Origin: a virus
Direction: 5' to 3' (one strand)
IMG/VR virus record: IMGVR_UViG_3300029922_000004
DNA length: 64,000 bases
Shown: positions 37,401-45,204 of the stretch, piece after piece
Numbering within the stretch: position 1 is the stretch's first letter
Layout: each line of letters begins with the position of its first letter
Notes under the pieces: model-generated
The model's database searches: none
Seen by the model: the letters and a program-made list of their open reading frames with translations, nothing else
Told to the model about the DNA's origin: nothing
Translations under genes and position numbers: made by a program

Positions 37401-39540
37401 TTCTCTTTCTAGTCTCGCTAAAACGCCGGAGTTTTACGCCAAACTTCAAGATATTCTAACCAATACACAAGCAATCGAAAAAGAGGGCTTTTTAAGACAG
37501 GCTGGTATTAGTGACGAACAGTTAGAGCAGTGGAAAGAGGTTAATTTTAAGGACTTGGCAAAGTCTTTGTCGGGTTTAAGTTTATTGGACAAAGGAGGGG
37601 CTAGGACAAAAGCTAGGGAAATTAAACAAGCCGAATGGCTTGAACAAAATGCCAAAGACCCAATAACTAGGGGTCGCGGAGCGAGAACTTTGTTGGAAAA
37701 CATGACTTCAGCAGAAAGGGATTATTCAAACCCTTGGGTCAAAAAGTTAGCCAGCGAAGTCTATGCTGGAGAGGTTACTGGGGATAAGTTGGCCAAGGGC
37801 AACGGAGCATTTGCTAACTATACGAATGCTGCCGACCAAAATGACCCTAATAAAGCTGATGCAACAGCAGCAGGATTCGATAACTCTAGGGCCTTCGCTC
37901 AAACATTTAGTATGGGCTTTAGGAATGGACCAAAAATAAGCCTTGGAGATACCAATCCAGCCGGAGCGCCGCCTTCCATAGATATAACTGATTTACAGGC
38001 TAATATTAAAGTTGCTGATACTAACCTTGATACATTTGGGAAAAACGTAGGACTTGTTGGGTCTCAATTAGCGACTTTGCTACAACAACTTAAAACTTTA
38101 GAATCAACGCCGCGACCCAAACCTCCCACTGGAAATCCAAACACTACACCACCACCGATATCAACCGACGGCTCAATACATTCGTTTTTGGCTAGACATG
38201 GAGAAGGAATAGCTGGAACGATTGGGACTGGACTAGCGTATGGATTTGGTTCCGCAGTCTTTAATAGGGGTGGGACCTTATTAAAGGGTCCAATGAGCAA
38301 AGTCGGTCAATGGGGAAAGAATGCTTATAAAGAATTTAGAGAGGGAAAAGTTGCTGTTCCAGAGGTGAAAATTCCAACATCCGCTGGAATCCCATCGGGT
38401 TCTTCAACAATAGTTACTCCGATGACAGAAGCTGAACAACAGGCTAGAGAATTAAAATTAAGAAAAATAGAAACCTTTGCCAGCCGAACCTCTAAAAGTA
38501 ATGACCCATCAATGGCCGCCCAACATGAGGTAGCGAAAGATTTACACGCAGAGCAAACAGCTAAATATGAAAAACAATTAGAAGACGAGGCAAAATACTC
38601 TAAAGATTTTTCCAAAAATGATTACTCCCACATTCTTAATGCCCCCAAAAAACCAATGTTTTCAAACGCTCCTTTCGCTCAGTTTAAGGGCGACGAAGCA
38701 ACTAAAATATTTAATAAAATTCCACAATCTAGGCTTTTGCCGACGGTGACTAAGGCTACGTCTGCTATGGGAAAATATGCAGCACCGCTTTTACGAACAC
38801 TAAACCCTCTAATGAAGTATGGCGGAAAAGCATTGGGTGTCGCTGGAACTTTGGCTAGTGGATATGATGCTATTCAGGATTTTAGACATGGAGATTATTG
38901 GGGCGCGGCTGGAAACGCAGCAACTACAGCGGCGGGATTTACTGGCGTTGGACGAGCGTTTAACGCAGGATATTATGGTGGGCAAGCTGTCGGAGATGCT
39001 GCCACTTGGTTAGGCGGTCACAAGAACAATGCTCTAGCCGCACAATATGGTCAAAATGCCCAAAACACTTTCGATAATACTAACGCAAGTACCGGCGACA
39101 AAGCCACAAGCCTAGCTTATTTTAACGCTCGAATTAAGAGCTACCAGAATTCCTTAAATAGTTACGGTAATCCATTTAGGGGCGGCGGTAATAGTTTTAA
39201 CCCAGATATTGTTGAAAAACTAAAACAACAAATCTCAAACTTGGAAAATCAAAAGAACTCTCTTTATAATTCCCCCAATAAACCAAAAACTGAGTCTGCG
39301 TCTCCGGCGGAAGGTCCAGCACCCGCTGATGATGATACACAATCCCAAGATAATCTTACAACTTCAATGAATACTTTGGGAGATAAAATCACTGCTTTGA
39401 CAAATGCCAAATCACAAGTAGGGGTTGATATTAATGTGAACTCGGCGTTTTTAACTGCAACGATTAATAGTGCCGTAGGAAATGCTTTCGCTAGACTGAG
39501 TGGGAAGCCGAATCCCGTACAAGTGACTCAACCGGCTTAA
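31423..39540 (+). CDS. Tail tape measure protein with internal cassette array
   Basis: 2705 aa; TP901-type N-terminal domain (SFSNEMFKAASQTGQTFETAGKVALEFARHG...GAVIGNAFKSIFTRL); Ala/Gly-rich helices; central region with non-TMP domains. Confidence 0.9.
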   Translation: MAGEYTLDVLVNPIENPAAARAMGSRMGDSFSDGFNKAAKQPLGRITSDVSQFQRSIEASNARVIAFGASAGSIYLVQAAFRKLLSDAVIVQKSLTDINVILGLGSTAMKSFSNEMFKAASQTGQTFETAGKVALEFARHGVSASETAKRMTSAMQLMRISGLGATDAVNSITAAINAFSKEGITSADIVNRLTAVDTKFAVSAQDLAKAVQRVGATAEDAGVRFNQLLGFVAAAQTVTARGGAVIGNAFKSIFTRLARPQVLDDLESIGVTTKTAAGQILPMVTILKNLASQYDHLSYSQKSFVSEAVGGVYQVNILKASLADLGNGLSIFDKATMAAEQSTGLIDKRMSMLNETISSKLNTSVLEITKLFANFSTISFGSSSKSGLDGMNQEIASISKLFEDIVPDDSVGTKIGKTLAVGIVKGLGDIVSGPGIQLAMALLVKSFGTLGTFAIQAGREFLGANSQAERMAAIQKSISSFILSNAEAQTVFNNQLLTGIQRTEKIVQMWMQANVASATFHAQVKGIAEKGAVLASPNIGGYQSKASGYVPDFASEESEARSLGALNPKAEWGKGTIGGKKFIKNDQEIEIPGFGRNGDSAVIPMYADGFYPVHPKEPYSVYDTQNRTIVRKGFYENIRGLRRTSENKNQEYGAYRYTVLPHSELERRSFEGMANNPNASMSVGSKTISGNDILEYFNQKENTRKANLWGGQYADGYVPPLMGLHVKPSGNPYRDKNARRFNGLLGELGTGIASPDDSIRGPTSKIFEKLSSEFLRNTLSQQGAGAIESRILGKPISPQQFKQFEKLYTGLIKEPYNADEFHNYKKPLYGDSFPGYDSIHTFSTHNEELAKKLGVNVGDLVTLALQSKGGKNLRIADFATMDDGDSVLQKEGYDKPSVRALAFRDATTLPGNVLYDEMNRKAAGFLPLTFKKTFNRTFGTHRLFGMNGSDPVGDIEYSGSKMKEIEGFDIYDKYRGKGLAKQFYQALGKGSIKGTILPNTDSEGNTFFPQLSRASVAKDSYVLHYGYMDKNQKISVADFKKLISAHKGDSQFWEDNSFDLHTQHAAGFIPNFASQNIMDSVFVAASKMPNSANIIEKLKEGSGLSDESFLKAAKILGVNMGGGSPVNPNSMWDNINQAFNSKKHDDWWKNVDVKLKARDAKFGYPITDNEQTNINFVQGLFKRKFSSFSNVKDMMDHREYSGEQNNETGAFGTGLDFNSDHDTLLNKFKEKYFRTVVSRTKPQNTNLHFSMFGAEFGLDDDFKDSDMSYGRQSSLEKFFAKRMNKYSSRGRFSSGFVPNFSPLSDAVKREMSAGYSSSQIRIDKSPSLISSSNPSGLGVYNSTEGSLSNGITLAQSAGINPKTKGMAAGFVPNFDMGNIGMSMMLGIFQGSVTDVSKKLNFLSYGYDKQIEHLRKINEEYTAIENDIKVKGSATYNGQTYTTGGRGSKFREDFKAANAGSGLTFYPDAVKKQEQDYGQYIDKKSATQQKIKGFAFQSMFGAPIAAETLSSSASSLGFANVAKGLETFSGGLTLASQMLSLLPNKLGSALAAGELITSLGSSISVAVAKVGTYEKALDVQSTALERMSSASNTVLDSYNKLNQLYNSSTSTFQDFITQQKRLSEALQDLGASLPNGKGADLVRQITSAGSDEDRRTAVAQAQDAQQQERNVNATKLALAQAKVKSSFFGIGVGNSFTANNKDDIIGKRQLLEDSAKTMGEVAESSMSRSIMSRLTSGTLTDRDISAITNRAEQGPDNKGNVLGLQGDSLKTALAQLKYNLEQFKLPSGISPDVWAKRNEDFASASQAEIALRNRYNQELQNALAKGAIVSDYLYKSATAGEEIRSGKASYETQKSGFNVRLAGLTTNEAGMIGLNAQQKSREANDEITKKRNLNFIKGNSDINGFISKTIAETFAGKLKSVQDSTAGISPQKQAEAAYLAKQQIAFAKDPKGLIDIANNPEAFAQKFLGGTAKDVIGNPNSGITNEKEYDVLSNSLSSLAKTPEFYAKLQDILTNTQAIEKEGFLRQAGISDEQLEQWKEVNFKDLAKSLSGLSLLDKGGARTKAREIKQAEWLEQNAKDPITRGRGARTLLENMTSAERDYSNPWVKKLASEVYAGEVTGDKLAKGNGAFANYTNAADQNDPNKADATAAGFDNSRAFAQTFSMGFRNGPKISLGDTNPAGAPPSIDITDLQANIKVADTNLDTFGKNVGLVGSQLATLLQQLKTLESTPRPKPPTGNPNTTPPPISTDGSIHSFLARHGEGIAGTIGTGLAYGFGSAVFNRGGTLLKGPMSKVGQWGKNAYKEFREGKVAVPEVKIPTSAGIPSGSSTIVTPMTEAEQQARELKLRKIETFASRTSKSNDPSMAAQHEVAKDLHAEQTAKYEKQLEDEAKYSKDFSKNDYSHILNAPKKPMFSNAPFAQFKGDEATKIFNKIPQSRLLPTVTKATSAMGKYAAPLLRTLNPLMKYGGKALGVAGTLASGYDAIQDFRHGDYWGAAGNAATTAAGFTGVGRAFNAGYYGGQAVGDAATWLGGHKNNALAAQYGQNAQNTFDNTNASTGDKATSLAYFNARIKSYQNSLNSYGNPFRGGGNSFNPDIVEKLKQQISNLENQKNSLYNSPNKPKTESASPAEGPAPADDDTQSQDNLTTSMNTLGDKITALTNAKSQVGVDINVNSAFLTATINSAVGNAFARLSGKPNPVQVTQPA
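33058..35544 (+). repeat. Seven dispersed xxG[FY]xP peptide repeats delimiting cassettes in the tape measure
   Basis: ASGYVPDF 33058, ADGFYPV 33241, ADGYVPP 33562, AAGFLPL 34186, AAGFIPNF 34615, SSGFVPNF 35299, AAGFVPNF 35521. Confidence 0.85.
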
Positions 39541-39557
39541 GCAGTCGTATAAAAAAT

Positions 39558-39728
39558 TTACTCTTCCTCTGGGATTGAGATACCCATTGTGGTTCCGCAG
39601 GAAGAACACTTAAAACTGTCATTTTTACCTTCCTTTTTAACAAGTTCCATAGTCGAAGTTCGACAATCAGGACAGTCTGGAACAAGTAATCTGACCTCTC
39701 TGCCTTCGTTGGTAATCGTTATAATCAT
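39558..39728 (-). CDS. Small zinc-ribbon protein
   Basis: CPDC...CSSC; ATG at 39728 preferred over the track's TTG at 39743. Confidence 0.55.
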   Translation of the reverse strand: MIITITNEGREVRLLVPDCPDCRTSTMELVKKEGKNDSFKCSSCGTTMGISIPEEE

Positions 39729-39748
39729 ATTTATTATAGTCAAATTAA

Positions 39749-39988
39749 TTAAAAACGATAAATATCTGTATTTTGGCGGATATGGTAAGAGCAGTTTTCT
39801 TTAGTGAGAGGATGAGAAGTCCCAATTAGTGATGGTACCATGCTAGATAGCACCTTGTATTTCCATTTTTTATCCTTTTCGTCCTTAAAAACAATAACTT
39901 CTCCGGGGCAACAATCCGTTAGAATGTCTCCATCATATATGGCATTTTCATATGCATCTATAAAACCAGTCTTCTTTTTAGTTTTCAT
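39749..39988 (-). CDS. YopX-like small protein
   Basis: TGFIDAYENAIYDGDIL resembles the YopX TGLKDKNGKEIYEGDI motif; the track's TTG start (40024) is actually the -35 box. Confidence 0.6.
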   Translation of the reverse strand: MKTKKKTGFIDAYENAIYDGDILTDCCPGEVIVFKDEKDKKWKYKVLSSMVPSLIGTSHPLTKENCSYHIRQNTDIYRF

Positions 39989-39995
39989 ACGATAT

Positions 39996-40024
39996 ATGCT
40001 AACAGAGCTTTCGTAAAAAGTCAA
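39996..40024 (-). promoter_or_regulatory. Sigma70-type promoter
   Basis: TTGACT-17 nt-TAGCAT, then 7 nt to ATG 39988. Confidence 0.7.
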
Positions 40025-40045
40025 GCATAATATCCAATTAAAACA

Positions 40046-40052
40046 GTGTAAT
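40046..40052 (+). promoter_or_regulatory. Putative late promoter motif GTGTAAT
   Basis: 9 nt before ATG 40062, back-to-back with the minus-strand sigma70 promoter. Confidence 0.7.
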
Positions 40053-40061
40053 CAGAAGAAT

Positions 40062-41837
40062 ATGTTGAGTGGGTGTATCACCGGAACTTTGGGCTTTTCG
40101 CTAAAACGAGAATTTTTCTCGGAATCATTCGCGTTTAGGGATGTTTCCACATATAATTACGAAATCTACAGCACGGACTTCAGCGGCCAGAGCGCGGTCA
40201 CAATTCAATCGGGAATCGTCAATCAATTTGCCCAAGTTTACTCAGGCGACATAAGATGCCGCGTTTTTGAGACCCAAAACAGTTACCAGTTTCCTTCGGA
40301 TAGTTTAAGGGCGGCAAAATTCAACGTCAGTATAGAGATAAAAAGTCCCGTCAATAACCTCGGTGGTCAATTCGGGGAATTAAATTCAGGATATTATTCC
40401 GGCGTCAACCCCACTTTCTGGACGGCTTACGGACAATATCTTTTAGGATTTCAAGAAGAGTATACTTTCAATACTAATGAAAATGGCAACCGCGAGTGGA
40501 ATCACGGATTTTCTTTCGGGCTACAGACGGGTTGGAGCGGCGCGAATGATGTAAATGGTAGAAAAGCTTTTGCCCAAACTATAGCCAGCGGAATCTTTTC
40601 GAACGACCAATATACCACCTTCGGCCTCTATACGATGGTGGGGGAAATTTCTGGACTAGCTAATAATAGCGTCTTTCGTAACTATTGGAATGAGTCCTAC
40701 GATTTGTTGAAAAACACTTATTCGTTCGGACGAAAAAGAACTGAGTTGCCTTTTAATGGCGCGGGGACACTTTTTAATATTGCTCAAACTATCGATTTGG
40801 GAACAGACGGAATCACCACCGTTTCTGAAAAAGCATCTACCGTCGGTAAGATAAATTTTGCTACGGTTCAAAGCGATTTAGCCAACTATCTCGCGGGGGC
40901 TTATGGGAGATGTTCGGGCGTTTATAATTCATTCTATAATACCAACGTCATAGCTCAAGATGCGCAGTATTCGGGGGTAAGTATTTACCTGCCTCTAATC
41001 AATACACCCTTAAAAACAACACGAGTTTATGATTCAAGGTCGCTTGCTGCCTCATATGACGTAAGTTTTTCAAACAGCCCCAACGTATCAGGTGACGGCA
41101 CAATCACGAATCAATCGCTTGAGTTCTCGATAGACCCTTATAATAGAGTAGAAGCAACACATTCGTTTGATTTTACTGTGAATAAACTTTTAAATAACTC
41201 TGGATATTTTACAACTTTAATGTCAAACACGACCGGTCAAAGCCCTGCCGCTGTAGCTAGTTACTATCAAAACAACCTATCGGGAGTTTACACAATCTAC
41301 CCCTCTTTGAACCTTGTAAAGAACTCCTTGGACTGGCCCAATATAAAACCCAAAGCAACGGCAAAGTTCAGCTACTCAAATTCTCCTGTATACTTTGTTA
41401 CCACTAATGGGATAACATTTAAGATGTTAGATGTTGAAGTTCAGAATAAATTACCGGCGGATATAATAAATGAATATAAAATAATCAACAGACCGACTAA
41501 TAAAAGTATCTTATCGTACGGTTATCAGAGCGAGCGCGGGGAGATAACTGTGAGTATCAAGTCTTTGTTGGGTAAATCGTCAAAGCAGTTTTTCCCCGAT
41601 GGTGTTGGTAGCTTTACAAACTTGGATGAGGTAGGTTCACCGCTTTCTACATACCTTCAAGCTCTCTACAAATTTGGGGGAAGTGTATTTTTGTCAAATT
41701 TCAGTGGCACTCCCACTATCGCATTAAACTGGTTTCTCCAAGATTCCAAATATAACTTGAATAGCAATGGCGATTTGGGCGTCCAGTTAATTTATACTTA
41801 TACTTGGAAAAAACGCCTTGCACAAAACAACCCCTAA
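40062..41837 (+). CDS. Tail tip/distal tail-like protein
   Basis: 591 aa, first late gene after the tape measure; beta-rich. Confidence 0.55.
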   Translation: MLSGCITGTLGFSLKREFFSESFAFRDVSTYNYEIYSTDFSGQSAVTIQSGIVNQFAQVYSGDIRCRVFETQNSYQFPSDSLRAAKFNVSIEIKSPVNNLGGQFGELNSGYYSGVNPTFWTAYGQYLLGFQEEYTFNTNENGNREWNHGFSFGLQTGWSGANDVNGRKAFAQTIASGIFSNDQYTTFGLYTMVGEISGLANNSVFRNYWNESYDLLKNTYSFGRKRTELPFNGAGTLFNIAQTIDLGTDGITTVSEKASTVGKINFATVQSDLANYLAGAYGRCSGVYNSFYNTNVIAQDAQYSGVSIYLPLINTPLKTTRVYDSRSLAASYDVSFSNSPNVSGDGTITNQSLEFSIDPYNRVEATHSFDFTVNKLLNNSGYFTTLMSNTTGQSPAAVASYYQNNLSGVYTIYPSLNLVKNSLDWPNIKPKATAKFSYSNSPVYFVTTNGITFKMLDVEVQNKLPADIINEYKIINRPTNKSILSYGYQSERGEITVSIKSLLGKSSKQFFPDGVGSFTNLDEVGSPLSTYLQALYKFGGSVFLSNFSGTPTIALNWFLQDSKYNLNSNGDLGVQLIYTYTWKKRLAQNNP

Positions 41838-41840
41838 CAT

Positions 41841-43484
41841 ATGGCTACCACCAATTTAAATATTTACTACGGCGGAAATCTAATCTCGCCCTCGCCTCTA
41901 ATTAATTTTTCAGAAGAAAATATTTCTTATGGATACGTTTTTGGATATAATCAAAATTTACAAATTCAAGGTCTATACACAGGAATTTCTACTAGTGGAG
42001 CCTGTGTAAATTACCTAACGGGGATTTTCGGGTCGCAGTTCCAAAATTTATTAGTTCAAGATAATTTATCAAATACTCTCTATAATTTCAGTGGGGTGAC
42101 TGTACAGTCTATAGATATAGAGCCTAGCACATTTTTTTCTGGCAGCTTCGTTAAATGGACCGCAAAATTAAAATCCTATTCCGTTCCGTCGGGCGTTTCA
42201 GACATTGAAAATTCTTATAACTACACTCAAAACACTGATAGTACGGTTGATGTAATACATAAAGTCTCTGCTCGCGGCGTCCGAAACTCTAATGGAGCCT
42301 TAAACAATGCTATTTTATTTGTTCAAATGTTCACGGGAACCGACCCATTTTCTGCCTGTGCGCCCTATTTCGTACCCAGCGGTTCTGGGTGCCTCATCTC
42401 CCAAACCGAAAATATAAACCGCATAGATTCAATTTATTCAATAGTTGAAAATTTTCGTTATAACACTGGCTCCTTTGTTCCCTACATCAAAACTACCAGT
42501 CTCGATATTAGTGAGTCAATCAATGACGAATACCGCAATATTGACTACTCGTGCAAAATTCAAGGAAGTCCAATTACAAAAAATTTAAATTCAATAATTA
42601 CAAGTTACCTCAGTTATGGGATGCTTGCAGACATACAGCAGGATTTCGGAATTTCGACGACCGGCTTTGTTAAAAATTCTTACTCGGTCAACGTTGATTC
42701 TGGGGCGGCTTCTGTCGATATTCGCGTGGGATATTTATCGGGAGCTTCTGCATCAGGTTTTTTTGATTACGTCGTAAGTTTGGAGAACGACCACCTTAAC
42801 AATACAGAAAATTGGAAAATAGCGGGAGAATTTACCTGCTTTGGAATGCTAGAGTATAAGTTACAACAACTTAATAACTTCATCTCTATCAATGAGTCTA
42901 ACTCGTGGCATGGATATTTAACGGGGCTTATAGCAGCTTCTCCTATATTCGCGGCTAACCACGATACTGGAAAACTTTTTTCTAATAATCCTAAAGTGGT
43001 CATCGCGACAAATACCGGCCTAGCGACATTGTCACTATCAATGGACTGGGATAATAATTACGAACCAGTGGGGCTTTCCGATTTAACTTATTCTTTGGAG
43101 GCGAGTCCCGCAAGATGGATTTACGAATTACTCCCGGCGGCTTCGATAGAAGGGGAATTTATTATACAGGATTTAAGAACCCAAAGTCAACCCCGCCAAA
43201 AATTCTCTTTAAGTGCTAAAACTTATAATACTTTAAGCGGTTTGAGTCTTTTGAATGGTTATATGAATAATCTGGTTGGGGGATATGTTATTTCGGGAAC
43301 TGAGAATGCGGTTGTTAATTTCCTAACCGATGAAAATATTAACACTGGTATTTATGATGTATCACATGAGCAAACTTGGTTGGGAGAAGACGTAATTAGT
43401 ACTGGTATTCTCTTTTTACAATCCATCGGAAGCAGCACGGCGGCTGTTCCTGCGAGACCCGGAGGATTTTACTGGGGTTATTAA
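41841..43484 (+). CDS. Tail tip protein, probably distantly related to 40062..41837
   Basis: 547 aa, similar alternating beta-strand/helix repeat layout; position in the tail-tip cluster. Confidence 0.5.
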   Translation: MATTNLNIYYGGNLISPSPLINFSEENISYGYVFGYNQNLQIQGLYTGISTSGACVNYLTGIFGSQFQNLLVQDNLSNTLYNFSGVTVQSIDIEPSTFFSGSFVKWTAKLKSYSVPSGVSDIENSYNYTQNTDSTVDVIHKVSARGVRNSNGALNNAILFVQMFTGTDPFSACAPYFVPSGSGCLISQTENINRIDSIYSIVENFRYNTGSFVPYIKTTSLDISESINDEYRNIDYSCKIQGSPITKNLNSIITSYLSYGMLADIQQDFGISTTGFVKNSYSVNVDSGAASVDIRVGYLSGASASGFFDYVVSLENDHLNNTENWKIAGEFTCFGMLEYKLQQLNNFISINESNSWHGYLTGLIAASPIFAANHDTGKLFSNNPKVVIATNTGLATLSLSMDWDNNYEPVGLSDLTYSLEASPARWIYELLPAASIEGEFIIQDLRTQSQPRQKFSLSAKTYNTLSGLSLLNGYMNNLVGGYVISGTENAVVNFLTDENINTGIYDVSHEQTWLGEDVISTGILFLQSIGSSTAAVPARPGGFYWGY

Positions 43485-43486
43485 TT

Positions 43487-45199
43487 ATGAACGTGCCAAG
43501 TTTTTTATCATGCTTATCATTAACCGGCTTCCAAACCGGGGCGAATTTGCTTGGCTTATATTCAATGCAGAGCGGCACCAATTTGGTAATATTTAACCAA
43601 ATCTTTCCAACGGGTTCATCGGTTATAAGTGGTCTTCCTTACGATGGCGCATTACCCTTGGTGTTTAACGGAAGTGGAAACCAAACCAGCGGATTACTCA
43701 GCGGTAACAACTTTTATCAACTCAGCTACGAATTTAATACAAATTTTAGTTCAATAATTTATCTAAACTATTCTGGCTGTAATTATAGTGGTAATAAGAA
43801 TCTTCTCCTAGTCTCTACTACAACTAATCCCAGTGGTAATTCTAACTCGGTCTACTTGGGTATAACTCCCTCTAACAGGTTATTCATCAATGCCCCGAAT
43901 TACAGTTCGACTATCCCCCGAGAAATTGGAGTGAGTGATTTTGTTTATCTCGGCGTGAATAATAATCAATTCGTCAATTATGGACTATTCTCCATTGCGG
44001 ACAACTATTTCTACGGCGATTCCTATGATGCTGGTGCGCCGACATTAAACATACAGGACTTATCATTCGGCGGGGCGTTAAACTTTCCACCAATGTTCAC
44101 GGGGTATTCTGGAGTTATTAAGGAAATTTATTTATTCAGCGGCGGGCTGCAAAGTAGTTCTATTAACAACTGCGTAGGGTGTGCGTTTGCCACGGGTATA
44201 ACAATTACTTCTGGGCAACTAACATATACTGGTCTACAAATTACGGGGTCTCTATGGAGCGGAGTTTCAGTGGTTAGTGTAACTGGGCAGACTTTGGCAT
44301 TAGTCCCTTATTTAACCCAAACTGGTACAGGATATGTCTACGCTAACTCTGGATTGTCCGGTATGGTCACAAATTATCAGTCATTAGTGCCTCTTACTCA
44401 AAATATTCCTTACTCGGTGAACTATTCTGGTCAATCCGTACTATTTAACAATTCCGCGAAAATCAGTGGATTACTTTACGATATTTACTTTACTCAGGGA
44501 TTAGCTTCTGGTGACGTTTGTGAGATTTATAGTTATAGCACTCCTAATTATCAGATAGGACTTCCTATTAGTAATTTTCAATTCCCTAGTTCTAATCAAG
44601 TTGTTCAAATCTATGGTAACGGATTAGCCGAGACACAAAATATAGACTATAGGGTTGCATTTAATAATTTAATGGTTGGGTTTGATGGAAGCGACGTTTT
44701 ACAATATGACGTATACCCCTCCACCTATACAATGCCTTATGCTACGGGCTATATCCAAACCGGGGTGACTGGTAGTAATTTTGTTCAGATTACCGGAGTC
44801 AGCGGGCTTAACATTTCAGGTTTCCAGTTTTCGTTCTATCTTAATGGACAAAAGATGCCATCCGGCGTTAATTATTCAATCTCCGGCGCGGGGATAGTTG
44901 TTTCGGGGAATGATTTGAGTGATATCAACGATTCCGGCGCGGATTATCTTGAGGCGAAGTTCATCCCCATCTATCCAAACACAACGGACACCGTTTACAC
45001 GATTACCCAGAGCGGAAATTATATCAGTGGCACATCTCCATACAATATTAGCGTGTGGTGGAATGGCCTTAGACTATTTGAAGGAATTGATTATTTTGTG
45101 AATGCACGATGCTCGTTCTGTTCTGGCAATTTTAACTCACCCAATTATCCCTTCTCACTCTATAATAGTAGTCTAGACACAATCAATTTATTTAATTAA
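43487..45199 (+). CDS. Tail-associated protein with degenerate LamG-like N-terminal domain
   Basis: LLGLYSMQ...FNTNFSSIIYL...GYSGVIKEIYLFSGGLQSSSI; C-terminal YLNGQKM / WWNGLRL..GIDY repeats. Confidence 0.5.
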   Translation: MNVPSFLSCLSLTGFQTGANLLGLYSMQSGTNLVIFNQIFPTGSSVISGLPYDGALPLVFNGSGNQTSGLLSGNNFYQLSYEFNTNFSSIIYLNYSGCNYSGNKNLLLVSTTTNPSGNSNSVYLGITPSNRLFINAPNYSSTIPREIGVSDFVYLGVNNNQFVNYGLFSIADNYFYGDSYDAGAPTLNIQDLSFGGALNFPPMFTGYSGVIKEIYLFSGGLQSSSINNCVGCAFATGITITSGQLTYTGLQITGSLWSGVSVVSVTGQTLALVPYLTQTGTGYVYANSGLSGMVTNYQSLVPLTQNIPYSVNYSGQSVLFNNSAKISGLLYDIYFTQGLASGDVCEIYSYSTPNYQIGLPISNFQFPSSNQVVQIYGNGLAETQNIDYRVAFNNLMVGFDGSDVLQYDVYPSTYTMPYATGYIQTGVTGSNFVQITGVSGLNISGFQFSFYLNGQKMPSGVNYSISGAGIVVSGNDLSDINDSGADYLEAKFIPIYPNTTDTVYTITQSGNYISGTSPYNISVWWNGLRLFEGIDYFVNARCSFCSGNFNSPNYPFSLYNSSLDTINLFN

Positions 45200-45204
45200 A
45201 AATC

